NCBI GenBank assembly: GCA_965140785.1
Contig: OZ223491.1
Coordinates: 1-64,000, forward strand
DNA from: an uncultured Ruficoccus sp.
GTDB taxonomy: Bacteria; Verrucomicrobiota; Verrucomicrobiia; Opitutales; Cerasicoccaceae
DNA length: 64,000 nt
Direction: 5' to 3'
Every line of letters starts with the position of its first letter. Positions within the stretch are counted from its first letter, which is position 1. The notes beneath the pieces are model-generated. The model worked only from the letters and a program-made list of their open reading frames with translations, was not told the origin of the DNA and made no database searches. The position numbers and the translations under genes were made by a program. Shown here piece by piece: positions 40,797 to 52,029 of this stretch.

Positions 40797-42743
40797 ATGC
40801 CAACTGCACTTAAGCCAGGCGCACCGCGAGCGCGGGCACGTCCATTCACCAAAAGCTGAAATTAGCCGGTTCGACAGAGGAAATTTGGCTACCGGGCTGG
40901 AGGAAATCGTAAAGGCGTTTCCCCAGCGCTTTGCTGCGGACGCGTCCGAATGTGAGGTTTATTTCTCTCCCCAATCCGCTGACAAACCGATGTTCAGCCT
41001 TGAGGTCGAGGACTCTCACTCTGTGCGTATCGCCTACTCGCAACCGGCGGGGGGCCTTCCGCGCACTGGCATACTCATGGGACAGGTCGAGTCCGGACGA
41101 TCCCCTTCACCGGTGAGCCAGCAGAGCACTTTCCGCTCGATCGGGGCGATGCTCGACGTATCCCCGCAACGGAGTCCTCCGCATCGCCACTGTGCGCAAG
41201 CTCATCCGCCATTTCGCCCTCATGGGTATCAATCAACTGATGCTCTACATGGAGGACACCTACGAGATCCCCGGCGAACCGGCCTTCGGGTATTTCCGAG
41301 GGGGATACAGTCAGGAGGATTTACGGGGCATCGATCAGTACGCGGCCAGCTTCGGGATCGAGGTCGTTCCGTGTATCCAAACATTGGGACACCTGGAGCA
41401 GGTGCTTCAGTGGCCCAGCTACCATAATCTGAAGGACACCAACGGAGTTCTGCTGACCGGGGAAGAAGCCACCGACGCCTTCGTCGAGAAGATGATCACG
41501 GCCGCATCCGCCCCCTTCCGCAGCAACCGTATTCATATCGGCATGGACGAGGCGCACGGCATCGGCTCCGGCATCTATCGCCTGAAAAACGGCCTCCGCC
41601 CGCCCTTCGAGATTCTCTGCGAACACCTTCAAAAAACCGTGGCCACCTGTGAGCGCCATGGGGTGGAGCCCATGATCTGGAGCGATATGTTTTTCCGGCT
41701 GGGCTCCAAGACCAATAACTACTACGATTACGAATCGCGGATCGACCCCGCCGTGGCCGAACAGATCCCGGAAAACGTAGAGCTGGTCTACTGGGACTAC
41801 TACCACACCGAAAGTGCATTCTATGAAGAATGGATCCGCCGCCACAAGCAGATGGGCAAGACGCCCATCTTCGCCGGTGGCATCTGGACTTGGAACCGTT
41901 TCTGGGCGCAGCTCCCCCACTCCGCCGAGACGCTCCGCGCCGGCATGGCAGCTGCGCAGCGGGAAAAGCTGGAGGAGGCGCTCGTCACCATGTGGGGCGA
42001 CGACGGCATGGAATGCGACATCTACTCCGCCTGCCGGCCATGCAGATCTTTGTGACCTGGCCTACGGGCAGACTGAAGCGTACGCCTCCTGTTCGCATGC
42101 GCTCAATTTCACCGGCAGCACGGACGGAACGTTTGACACCTGGTTTGCCGGCGGTGAATTGGATAAGGTGCCGACGGGAAGCACAGCCGACTACGAAGCC
42201 AATGCCTGCAAATGGATATTCTGGCATGACCCGCTGCTGGGGCATTTCGAGCGGCAGATCCGCCCGGAATACATCGAACATTTCAAACGCATCGCAAGTA
42301 CGCTTGCGGATGCCCCACGCTCCCGGCGGGAAGACCACCGGCTGAATTTCATACACAAACTGGCGTCCACACTGGCCTTAAAGGGCGAGCTTCACCTGAC
42401 ACTGCGCACGGCCTACCAGGAGCACAACCACTCGACCCTGCGCAAGATACACGGCTCAACTCTCGGGGAATTACGCGCAGCCGTCTCGCAACTGCGAACG
42501 ATTCACGAAACCCGCTGGCATGAGAACTACCGGTGCTTTGGCTGGGATGTCATCGAGCGCCGCTACGCCGGACTGCTCTCACGCCTCGATACACTCCAGC
42601 GAAAGCTCGGTCTCTACCTGCAGGACTCCAGCCGCCGCATTGAGGAGTTGGAATGCCAGCCTCAGCCGCTCTGGCCCCCCGAACAAACCCAGACCCTGAG
42701 TATTTCGCACCGGCAGACCTCGACACCCACCTACCTGGCATAA
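40797..42743 (+). CDS. GH20-family N-acetylhexosaminidase (GcnA/HexD-like), at least 3 frameshifts
   Basis: GAMLDVS(RNGV), LMLYMEDTYEI, PCIQTLGHLEQ, IHIGMDEAH, MIWSDMFFR, TMWGDDG spread over successive frames. Confidence 0.85.
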
Positions 42744-42921
42744 ACAAAAAGACAGCCCCCTGGCAGGACGGGCATCCTCGGAGCCTTGCTGACGCGAGCG
42801 GATTCCAGCGATCACGCTCAGATCCAACATCGTCTGGGACCCTGTTGAGTGGGTGCTTGCGGATACGGCTGGCGTGCCGAGATCAGGAAGGGTATGGAAC
42901 GATTAACCCAAGGCCGTAAGC

Positions 42922-43695
42922 TTAGGAGCGGCGCTTGCGCAGACGGCTCAGGAAAATCATCGCCAGGCCAGCGATACTGAGCCAGGCCATGGTGGAGGCT
43001 TCCGGATAACCGCCCCACTGTTCAGCACGACGTTGTCGATATAGATTTCTTGCGACAAGCCGCTGCTGTTGGTGGTAAAGCGGAAGGCGGTCATGTTGTC
43101 ACCTGCCGCAAAGCCGGAGGGCACAGTATCGGTGTTGCCGTTGCTGGTGATGAGGAATACCGTCGATCCACATGTCGTAATGCATGCTGTTCAGAGTCGT
43201 ATCCTGGTACGCCACATTGGCGGTGGAGGTATTAACCACCATCTGAAAGGTGTGCTTGGCGTTGAGGCTGTAACTACCGGGGCTACCGCTGTTCAGGGTC
43301 GCCTGGAAGAGATTACCGGCGCTGGAGGCGTTCAGCCCGAAACTGATCCGCCAGGGCGTGCCATCGACACCAGCAATTTCATAGAAATCAAAACTGAGCG
43401 TTGCCACCTGAAACTCCAGGCCACGCATGTCGGCGCGCGTGAGGTAGGTGGCGGATTCATCCAGCACCTTGAGTATCTGGTTGGAGGTGCCTTCGCCGAA
43501 GTAATCGCCGGTATCCAAGACCACTTCCACCGCCGCGTCAGACTCTGTCGGATTGGGAGTGACCGAGCCCCACGGAGCGGAGAGCGGCTGCCCGGGGGTG
43601 TAGGAGCTGAAGTCGTCGGAGAACAAGGGAGTTTGCGCGGAGAGCGTTGTCGCGCAGGCGAACAGGGAGACGAGGAATAGGCGAACTGTAGTCAT
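42922..43695 (-). CDS. PEP-CTERM protein, frameshifted
   Basis: Signal + FSDDFSSY; after frameshifts EIYIDNVVL..VI(P)EASTMAWLSIAGLAMIFLSRLRKRRS-stop at 42922. Confidence 0.75.
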
Positions 43696-43773
43696 GATGC
43701 GTTATGAGTTGGGGGTTGTTTTTTAAAATAGGGATTATGCGGGCAAAGTCATGATTGACTCAACGGCCACCTG

Positions 43774-43789
43774 ACGCACATTGTTGCAC
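43774..43789. promoter_or_regulatory. Putative LacI operator ACGCACATTGTTGCAC
   Basis: Abuts the LacI ATG; exact inverted copy at 44837-44852. Confidence 0.7.
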
Positions 43790-44825
43790 ATGCGAGAACG
43801 CAAAGTAACGGTGCGCGATATCGCCCAGCAAGCAGGGGTGCACTATGCCACCGTTTCGCGAGCGTTGTCGGGGCACCCGAGCATCCCCGATCACACCAAG
43901 GAGCGCATACGGACAATCGCCAAGCAGCTTGGCTACGTGCCGGATCCGATGCTCTCTGCGCTCGCGGCCTACCGGACGCGTCTGGGCCGCGGGCCTACCA
44001 GGGAAACCTGGCCTGGCTCACCAACGGTGAGACCCGGGACCAGTTGGAGCAGCATGAAATTTTTAATCTGTATCGCGAAGGCGCGAGCAGCCGGGCAGAA
44101 GAATTGGGGTACACCGTAGAAAACTTTTGGCTCAAGGAAGGAGGCATGAGCCTCGCTCGGGCCAGAAATGTACTCGCGGCCAGAAATATTCGGGCCTGCT
44201 CATCTGCCCCCAGCCGGAGGCAGGCTTGAGAATCGACCTGGACTGGTCGACATTTTCCGCCGTTACCTTTGGCTACACCCTGGGCTGGCCAAACCTGCAC
44301 ACCGTAGCCAGCCACACTTTTCGCACTCTGGTCTCGACCGTGGAGGAAGTCCGCGCCCGGGGATACCGGCGGCTGGGCTTTGTGTTATCGGAGGAGCGGG
44401 ATATGCGCACCTTTCACATCTGGACAGGGGCTTTTCTGGCTTGCCAGCAGCAGTGGCCGCAAGCCGATCGTGTGCCCCGGCACTGCCCGAAAGTCATCAA
44501 TACAAAACCGCTGTTGCGCTGGGTGGAGCGGTATCGGCCCGAAGTTATCATCTCCTCCTTGCACGAGATCATCGACATCCTTGAGAGTAATGGCTACCGC
44601 GTCCCCGATGACATCGGTTTCGCCTCCCCTTCTCTGATCTCGGGCCCCCGGAAGGTCAGCGGAATTGACGAGAACTCTTTCCACATGGGGGAAGCCGCCG
44701 TCGATATGCTGGTGGGCATGCTCCACCGGAATGAGCGGGGCATCCCGGCCACGCCCCACACCCTCATGATCAAGGGGACCTGGCGTCAGGGGGACACCCT
44801 GATTAGCAAGCCCCTGCCGCGGTAA
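43790..44825 (+). CDS. LacI family transcriptional regulator (verrucomicrobial type), frameshifted
   Basis: VTVRDIAQQAGVHYATVSRAL, LGYVPDPMLSALAAYR, GYRRLG, VPDDIGF, NERGIP. Confidence 0.88.
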
Positions 44826-44836
44826 TCTCCCGGCGC

Positions 44837-44852
44837 GTGCAACAATGTGCGT
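44837..44852. promoter_or_regulatory. Putative LacI operator GTGCAACAATGTGCGT
   Basis: Upstream of the 44930 operon; reverse complement of 43774-43789. Confidence 0.7.
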
Positions 44853-44929
44853 GGTGCTTCACTTGGCGGAACAGGGATCGATTACCATAGTGCTCCCAAC
44901 AAACATCAACCCCTCCCGCCCCCATCCCC

Positions 44930-45456
44930 ATGCTTAAAGTATCCCGAATTATCTGCGCCCTGACCGTTATGCTGTGCGCCTGCAGCGGCGCCTCTGCCCA
45001 AAACGTAAACTACCCCGCCATGGACATTGAGTTTACCCCCGAAAACTCGCAGCCAGGGCAGGACATCCTGAAGATCAAGCAGCCCCAGAGCAGCACGGGC
45101 GTGAGCAAGTGGAACACCGTCTCCGTACGTGTCCCCGGTCGCCTGGCCTATTCTCCGGATATCGTGGTCACGGGCAAAGCCAGCCTGGAAGCCCAGGAAG
45201 CACCGAACCACCTGGGGCTTATTCTCGTGTTGTCGGACGGCAAGCAGATGTTCGCCAAAGCTCCTCTCAAACCCGGCGCACCGACCAGTTTCTCGATAAA
45301 ACTGTCTGATTTCAAGGGATCGGACAGTCCGAAAAATCCGGAGCCTCCCACCCTCAAGATTTGATCAAGGCCATCCGCGTGTACGCCAGCTATTCACCCC
45401 GCGAGGTGGAATCCACTTTCACCCTTGAGTCTTTTGAGCTCAAGGTCGGCAAGTAA
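44930..45456 (+). CDS. Secreted hypothetical (CBM-like) protein, frameshifted near the 3' end
   Basis: Signal peptide; continues IKAIRVYAS..FTLESFELKVGK-stop at 45454-45456. Confidence 0.55.
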
Positions 45457-45511
45457 TTCTACGGTACTGAACTCTATCGTTGCCGGAGGCGTTTTCTCCG
45501 GCTCTCTGACC

Positions 45512-47803
45512 ATGCCCACATTACTCACGAAACTGTTAATATTCACGCTGAGCGCCCTAGCCATGAACGGTCTCTTTGCCGACGACAGCCGCAAGTCACT
45601 CTTCGAGGGTGACTTCGTCCTCCACGAGGGACTGGATGGTATCCATCCCCGTCTTTATGCCGATGCCGCCGACCTTGATGAGGCCGCCCGCCGCTATCAG
45701 CAGGACCCCGAGTGGTGCGCCGTCTACCTGCCCGATGCCAAAATGGATATGGAGCCGGCCCCGATCCCGCTGGCCCAAGGGGTAACCTCTCAGCGCAGTG
45801 CGATGATCATTGCCAAAGTGGCGGTTGCCTGGCGCATCACCGGCGAGGAGAAGTACCACCAACGTCTGCGTGAGTGGATACCGGTTCTGAATGAGTACCA
45901 GCCCCCGGTCATGCGATCGATCGGCGGCCACGAGGGCCTGACCGGCGGGCATATCCTGCTGGGCCTGTCCATCGCCTACGACATCGTCTATGATCAGGGG
46001 GACGAAGAACTGGAAAGCGCCCTGCGCGATGCGATTGTTCGCCAGGGAACGCAGACTTACAGTGACCTCGCGAAAATGCAGCACTACGCCTATGAGCAAA
46101 ACCACCTTATCATTCCGGTTTGTGGCTTGGGCGTGGCGGCAATGACCCTGGTCGATGATTATCCCGAGGCCACCAAATGGGGCGTTTTTTCCAATAACGT
46201 TATGCAACGCACGCTCGATGCCATCGCCTACGACGGCTGGTTCTTCGAGGGCTTTTCCTACTGGAACTACACCTTCCAATTCCCCGCCGCCTTTGGGGCT
46301 GCGCAAAAGCGCACCGTGGGGGGCGACGCTTTTCAGGCCAACTGCTTCCGCTATGCGCCCCTCTATCTGGCTCATATGACCCTGCCGGACCCGAAGTTTG
46401 TCTTCGACTTTGCCGACTGGGGACCGCGTACCGAGAAGGACGGAGTGGGCTTTCAATCCGGCTACGACTGGCCTTGGCACACGTTGCCGACCCGGGTCAA
46501 ACTCATCGCTCCGAGCCTCTTGCTCCACGCCGACGGGGGCCCTCAGTTTCTGCGTGATTACCTCAGGCACATTACGCCCAAGTATGCGGAGATGACGGGC
46601 ATTTACACCATCGACGCTATCTTCGGCATGCTATTGCAGCTGCCCGTTCCCGAGAAGCAGGAGCCGATGAAGACCGCTTACGCGGACTACCCGCCCTACC
46701 ATTTTTTCCCGGACATGGGCGTCATGCACTGGCGTCACAACTGGAGCGATCCCGACGCCACCGCCCTCGCCTTCAAGTCCGGCCCTCCTGCCGGCCACCA
46801 CTTCAACGACCTGATCCTGGCCTCCCCGGAATGGCGACCGGCCCTGGGGCATGCGCATCCGGACGCCGGTTCGTTCCTGCTCTTCGCCCACGGTGTCTTT
46901 CTGGCAAACGATACCGGCTACACCGGGGCCAAGGAAAGCGCGGACCACAATACCATCCTCGTCGATGGGGTTGGGCAGCATCAGGGCGGGACGCCCTGGA
47001 GCACCTTTACTGCCAAGCCCTATGAGGAATACAACAAGATCCACATGGAGGATGTCTGGACCGGCCCGCGCGTAGCTGCCGCCACAGCGGTCTTCCCCGC
47101 CGCCTATGACGATGCCATGAAGCTGACCACGATGAACCGCCGCCTCCTCATGCTTGAGGGGCGCTTCATCGTCGTGCTCGACCAGATGGACTCGGAGCTG
47201 CCGCACACCTATGAGTGGCGGCTGCACACGGACCGCGAGCCCTCAGCCGGCGAGAACGGCCGCTATGTCATGACAAATCACCCAGGCCGCCTGATCATTC
47301 AAAATCTTCAGCCGCAGGCAACGGCGGCCACCGCGCCGACCATCGTGGAAACGTCCGTCAGCACCCAATTCCAGCGTCCCCAGCAACGCGGTTTCCACCT
47401 CTCCCTGACGTCTCCCCGGCAAAAGCAGTTCGAGTTCCTCACCGCCCTGGGCATCCAGCGCACAAAGGAACAGCCGGGAGCATTTCAAGCGTCGAAGGGG
47501 CCGGGGTACCGGATTGATCTCAATGATGGCGAACGCTTCTGCTCGGTCTGGATGAAGACAGACCCCGGGCTCGAGGGTGACTACGCCTACAGCATCCGCG
47601 ACAAGGCGGGCAAACTCGTGGCCGTCGGGCTGTCCGGTTCGTGTTTATCCAGTGATGGGCTGACGGTTAAGCTGGATCAGCCCGGCCAGGTCACACTGGT
47701 ACGGGATGCGAACCAGCAGTGGCAGGTCGAGTCGAGCACGGGAGCGGCCACCACCGTCTCACTGCGGGACGCAGACATGCCCGCCGCTCAACTGAACCTC
47801 TAA
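45512..47803 (+). CDS. Heparinase II/III-like polysaccharide lyase
   Basis: HPRLY, QNH, EGFSYWNY, DFAD, GHAHPDAGSF, HNTILVDG. Confidence 0.85.
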   Translation: MPTLLTKLLIFTLSALAMNGLFADDSRKSLFEGDFVLHEGLDGIHPRLYADAADLDEAARRYQQDPEWCAVYLPDAKMDMEPAPIPLAQGVTSQRSAMIIAKVAVAWRITGEEKYHQRLREWIPVLNEYQPPVMRSIGGHEGLTGGHILLGLSIAYDIVYDQGDEELESALRDAIVRQGTQTYSDLAKMQHYAYEQNHLIIPVCGLGVAAMTLVDDYPEATKWGVFSNNVMQRTLDAIAYDGWFFEGFSYWNYTFQFPAAFGAAQKRTVGGDAFQANCFRYAPLYLAHMTLPDPKFVFDFADWGPRTEKDGVGFQSGYDWPWHTLPTRVKLIAPSLLLHADGGPQFLRDYLRHITPKYAEMTGIYTIDAIFGMLLQLPVPEKQEPMKTAYADYPPYHFFPDMGVMHWRHNWSDPDATALAFKSGPPAGHHFNDLILASPEWRPALGHAHPDAGSFLLFAHGVFLANDTGYTGAKESADHNTILVDGVGQHQGGTPWSTFTAKPYEEYNKIHMEDVWTGPRVAAATAVFPAAYDDAMKLTTMNRRLLMLEGRFIVVLDQMDSELPHTYEWRLHTDREPSAGENGRYVMTNHPGRLIIQNLQPQATAATAPTIVETSVSTQFQRPQQRGFHLSLTSPRQKQFEFLTALGIQRTKEQPGAFQASKGPGYRIDLNDGERFCSVWMKTDPGLEGDYAYSIRDKAGKLVAVGLSGSCLSSDGLTVKLDQPGQVTLVRDANQQWQVESSTGAATTVSLRDADMPAAQLNL

Positions 47804-47822
47804 TCTCTCCGATAATCACGCG

Positions 47823-49205
47823 ATGAGCAGCCGCCCCAATGTTATTGTCGTCATGGCCGACGACATGGGTTTCGGCGACTTTGGTTGCTTTAGCCAAGGG
47901 CGTGTCCACACGCCCACGCTTGACCAACTGGCCGCCGAGGGTGTCTGCTGCGGACAGCATTATGCCGCTTCGGCTGTGTGCACCCCCTCGCGGGCGGGAT
48001 TCCTGACCGGGCGCTACCCGCACCGCACCGGTGCCATCGACATGCGTGAAAGCCGGGGACTGGATCGTCTGGCCTTACGGGAGCGCACGCTGGCGGAGGC
48101 CTTCCAGGCGGCGGGTTACGTCACCGGACTGGTCGGCAAGTGGCACAACGGTGCCGTCGGGGCGGACTACCACCCTAACCGTCGCGGATTCGATGAGTTT
48201 ACCGGGTTTCGCCACGGTCTCATGGACTACTACGAGTGGAATCTGGAGCGGAACGGTCAGACCCTGCGCCCCGATGGCCGTTACCTCACGGATTTGCTCA
48301 CGGATGAGGCATGTGCTTTTCTCCAGCGGCATCGCCAGGAACCGTTCTTCCTCTATCTGGCTTATAATGCGCCTCATACGCCGCTGCAGGCCCCCGAGGA
48401 AGAGTTGAAGCCCTACCGCGAGTCCGGGCAATTCACGGACCAGCAAGCCCGGATTTATGCCATGATCACCCGCATGGATCGCGGGCTGGCCAGGCTGCTC
48501 GAAACCCTCCGGCAGACAGGTCTGGAGGACAACACCTTACTGGTCTTCACCAGTGACAATGGCCCCAATCTCGACCACGGCATGGAGCGTTTCAATGCCC
48601 ACCTGCGCGAGGGCAAAATGCACGTCTACGAAGGCGGAATCCGCCTGCCGCTGGTTGTGCGCTGGCCCGATGGCATGCACCGCCGGGGAGACTACACAGG
48701 CCTGATCCACTCCTGCGACCTGCTGCCGACGCTGCTCTCGGCCTGCGGGATCGAGGAGCGCCCGCCGCTGCCGCTGGACGGCCACGATGTCTGGAGCGCC
48801 TTGCGCGATAACACCCCTACCCGACAGCCCGCGCGCTTCTGGCAGTGGAACCGCTACGCGCCCGAGCTCACCTGCAACGCCGCCGTCCGCGACGGCGACT
48901 GGAAACTGGTACGCCCGGTAATTCCCGAAGCCATGGAGACCGATCCGCAGGAGATGGCGATCGACCGACGCCTGCTGGATGCCCCGGAAAGCTTTGACCC
49001 CTTTTGGCTGACAGCGGGATTTCCAGAGCGGACACTTTCCGCGCCAAGCCGTCCAGAACTCTATAACCTCGCCCAGGACCCCGGCGAACAGCAAAACCTG
49101 GCCGCCACCTACCCCGATCGCCTCTCTCGCCTGCTCCGCTCGTTGGAAAACTGGTTCGACGAAGTTGAGGCGGAGCGCCGTGCCCTCCCGCGATCGTCCG
49201 CATGA
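47823..49205 (+). CDS. Formylglycine-dependent sulfatase
   Basis: PNVIVVMADDMG, CTPSRAGFLTGR, GKWH, FTSDNG. Confidence 0.95.
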   Translation: MSSRPNVIVVMADDMGFGDFGCFSQGRVHTPTLDQLAAEGVCCGQHYAASAVCTPSRAGFLTGRYPHRTGAIDMRESRGLDRLALRERTLAEAFQAAGYVTGLVGKWHNGAVGADYHPNRRGFDEFTGFRHGLMDYYEWNLERNGQTLRPDGRYLTDLLTDEACAFLQRHRQEPFFLYLAYNAPHTPLQAPEEELKPYRESGQFTDQQARIYAMITRMDRGLARLLETLRQTGLEDNTLLVFTSDNGPNLDHGMERFNAHLREGKMHVYEGGIRLPLVVRWPDGMHRRGDYTGLIHSCDLLPTLLSACGIEERPPLPLDGHDVWSALRDNTPTRQPARFWQWNRYAPELTCNAAVRDGDWKLVRPVIPEAMETDPQEMAIDRRLLDAPESFDPFWLTAGFPERTLSAPSRPELYNLAQDPGEQQNLAATYPDRLSRLLRSLENWFDEVEAERRALPRSSA

Positions 49206-49213
49206 AACCCGAC

Positions 49214-49225
49214 GCAACAATGTGC
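49214..49225. promoter_or_regulatory. Third putative LacI operator core GCAACAATGTGC
   Basis: 12-bp exact match to the core of the other two sites, about 55 bp upstream of the prepilin gene. Confidence 0.65.
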
Positions 49226-49278
49226 ACCCAGCTCGCATTGCCGATCCCCAGATTGATTACTCTAATCCCAGTACTGAA

Positions 49279-49947
49279 ATGAGAACTACCCCCAAAGGTT
49301 TCAGCCTGATCGAGTTACTGATCGTCATCGCTATCATCGCGGTGTTGGCCGGGATCACCACGGCCGGCTTCCAGCGTGTGCGTATGATGAGCGACCGAAC
49401 GGCAGCCACGGCAAATCTGCGCGCCATCGGAATAGCCATGCAAAACTATGCCAACGATCACAAGGGCAGCCTGCCCGGCCCTCTGAACTACGGCCAGTCG
49501 CCGCGCTACCGACGCATCACCGATAAGCAATTGGCGAATTTCCTCTGGAGCTACCTCGATGGCGAGGAACCCATCACCAATACCTGGCTCGAACTGAAGG
49601 CTATGACCAGCCCGGCCTATCTGCGCGAAAGAGACGCGCCCGACGTTGTCATCTATCTGGCCCAGCGAAACATTCACATCGCTGGTCAGGGCGGAGTGCC
49701 GCCCTTCGGCTATGTCCCCCAGTCTGGTCCGATCTCTAAATATGAGCCTCTGACTCTCCAGCAGATTGGCCAATACGATCTTCGGGGCGAGTGGGCCTTG
49801 CAGGAGGTAGACCAACAGCATCCGGATGTGAAGAACTGGAACACGAGTACTTACCTGCCTGAGCCCATCCATGGCGACGTGCGGATGACACTCTACTTCG
49901 ACTGGAGCGTCGGAGCTGTGCCTGTAACAGTGGAGAGCAGCTCGTGA
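49279..49947 (+). CDS. Prepilin-type N-terminal cleavage/methylation protein (H-X9-DW variant)
   Basis: KGFSLIELLIVIAIIAVL, ANLRAIG, HGDVRMTLYFDW. Confidence 0.9.
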   Translation: MRTTPKGFSLIELLIVIAIIAVLAGITTAGFQRVRMMSDRTAATANLRAIGIAMQNYANDHKGSLPGPLNYGQSPRYRRITDKQLANFLWSYLDGEEPITNTWLELKAMTSPAYLRERDAPDVVIYLAQRNIHIAGQGGVPPFGYVPQSGPISKYEPLTLQQIGQYDLRGEWALQEVDQQHPDVKNWNTSTYLPEPIHGDVRMTLYFDWSVGAVPVTVESSS

Positions 49948-51011
49948 GCATGACAAAAGGATCCCTACACGCGCTTGAGCAACAGCCGGAGTCCCCTTCG
50001 ACCGCCGTCCGGAGGATCCTGGTCGCCCTCAATCAGCGAGAACGCGAGTTCTTTCTGCCTGATGGTCTGGATGCCATCCAGAGGGATAACCCGTGCCACT
50101 GGTATCGCACAGATACAAATAAGCCCGAAGAATGGGACGATCTCGTGCGTACTTACAACCCCCATGTGATCCTGTCCTGCTGGTCCACACCCGCCATACC
50201 GCTGGACTATCTGGAGGCCCCGGATCGCTGCCTGAGCTACATCTGCAATGTAACGGGCTCGGTGCGCCTGGTAGCTCCCCGCCGTTTTCTCGAGTTGGGA
50301 GGATTAGTCAGCAACTGGGGGGACCTGGCCGGTCCGCAAGTGGCCGAGCACGCCTTGCTGCTGGCCCTGGGCGCTCTCCGGGGTATTGGGGCCTGGCGCT
50401 CATATATCGAGCAGGTTGACGGCTCGCTGCAGTACCAGGCGGCTGACCTGATGACGGAGTCTCTCTATGGCCGCAGTATCGGTCTGCACGGGTTTGGCCG
50501 TATCGCCCGCGCTTTGCTCAGGTTGCTCAAACCCTTTGATGTGCATGTGCGCGCCTACTCCGCCCGCGTCCCGGAAAGCTACATGCGCGAGTTCGGGGTT
50601 GAGCCTTGCGGCAGCCTGGAAGAGCTTTTCAGCCAAAGCCAAGTCCTCTTCGAGTGCGAGGCGCTCACCCCCGAGTCTGTACGGAGCGTGACCGGCGACG
50701 TCCTGGCCCGGCTGCCGGACGGTGCAGTCTTCGTCAATATTGGCCGGGGCGCAGTGGTGGACGAAGCCGCCCTCGTGGCCGAGGCCGGGCGTCTGCGCCT
50801 GGCCGTGGATGTGGCCACCAAAGAGCCCATAGGCGCCGATTCGCCCCTTTTCAATCAACCCAAAATCCTGCTCTCACCGCACATCGGAGGGCCGACCTTT
50901 GACCGCTACCGGGCCTGCGGCGAATTTGCCTTGGCGAACTTACAGGCCTTTCTGGAGGGTCGTCCGCTCAAGGCCTTGCTATCGCTCAATGACTACGATC
51001 GCTCGACCTGA
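49944..51011 (+). CDS. D-isomer-specific 2-hydroxyacid dehydrogenase
   Basis: VAEH, GLHGFGRIAR, FVNIGRG, VDV..EP, SPHIGG. Confidence 0.9.
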   Translation: MSMTKGSLHALEQQPESPSTAVRRILVALNQREREFFLPDGLDAIQRDNPCHWYRTDTNKPEEWDDLVRTYNPHVILSCWSTPAIPLDYLEAPDRCLSYICNVTGSVRLVAPRRFLELGGLVSNWGDLAGPQVAEHALLLALGALRGIGAWRSYIEQVDGSLQYQAADLMTESLYGRSIGLHGFGRIARALLRLLKPFDVHVRAYSARVPESYMREFGVEPCGSLEELFSQSQVLFECEALTPESVRSVTGDVLARLPDGAVFVNIGRGAVVDEAALVAEAGRLRLAVDVATKEPIGADSPLFNQPKILLSPHIGGPTFDRYRACGEFALANLQAFLEGRPLKALLSLNDYDRST

Positions 51012-51297
51012 GCGGTTGTTGGGCGGTCTTACCCCAACGAAGGATACCCCTCCGCCTGCTATAGCCATGCCCCACCCCTTACCTTTTTATCATATCGTCA
51101 TCGGTTGTTATCTCGCCCTGATGGGGAGTGACGCTTCTGGTCGGCGGCCTGCGCCGGGTTCACTTTGGCGGGAGCGGAGGCTTTTTCATCGCCGCCCGGC
51201 AGGGCAGCCTGACCGGCTAGTTTCGCTTTATCCATTCCGACGAAGAATATGCGGCGGGCTCTGACAGTAAACAAGCTCTGCATGGAAGTTCTCCCTG

Positions 51298-52029
51298 ATG
51301 AAAAATAATAACTACGGCAAAAGGATCTGCACATGGGCTTTCCTATTCCTCCTGGGCATGCTGGTGCCCGCCTCTGCGCAAACGGATACTCTCACCATGG
51401 ACAATGACACCTATCACGTGGAGTGGCTTAAGACCGAAACGTTTGACCATGACAGTTGGAGCGACCACTGGACGGTGGAGAGCCAGGGGCCGAAAGTGTT
51501 TGCCGAGGACGGCCTGCTGAAGGTGCGCCTCGTGGATGATAACCGCAAGGAGGCGGGCGTGACGATCTGGTACAATGAAGATCTGCCTGCCGACGTCGCC
51601 ATCGAGGTCAAGGCCTCCACCGATGCACAGGTCGAGAACAATGCCTGCAACCTGAACTTCTTCGTCCATGCCAGCGAGGCCAATGGCTCACCGCTGGCCT
51701 ATGGCAGATCGGGCGGCTATACGGACTACCATCAGATCCCGAACTATTTGTTTACCCTCACCGGTGGCATTACGCCAGGCTGGGCGCGCGCCCGTCTGGA
51801 CCCGGGGTTCCAGTTGATCAGCGAGCGGGCGGATATTCGCTCCTCCCCGGGGCAAACCTATGTGTTTCTCATCATCATTCAGGCGAACCGTATTCAGTAT
51901 TATCTGAATGGGGAAAAGTTGCACGATTACACCGTCGAATCCCCCCTGCCCGGAGGACGCTTCGGCCTGAGAACCTGGTTTTCTCAGGTCAATTACGAGC
52001 AGGTGCGTATCGGGCGAGTCTTACCGTAG
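51298..52029 (+). CDS. Secreted ConA-like beta-sandwich protein (DUF1961/DUF6250-like)
   Basis: Signal peptide; GVTIWY, CNLNFFVHA, RSGGYTDYH, GGRFGLR. Confidence 0.6.
   Translation: MKNNNYGKRICTWAFLFLLGMLVPASAQTDTLTMDNDTYHVEWLKTETFDHDSWSDHWTVESQGPKVFAEDGLLKVRLVDDNRKEAGVTIWYNEDLPADVAIEVKASTDAQVENNACNLNFFVHASEANGSPLAYGRSGGYTDYHQIPNYLFTLTGGITPGWARARLDPGFQLISERADIRSSPGQTYVFLIIIQANRIQYYLNGEKLHDYTVESPLPGGRFGLRTWFSQVNYEQVRIGRVLP

Noticed and set aside
43774..44852. LacI gene as an IS-like cassette bounded by terminal inverted repeats
   Set aside because: No transposase or target duplication, and a third core copy at 49214 fits an operator better.
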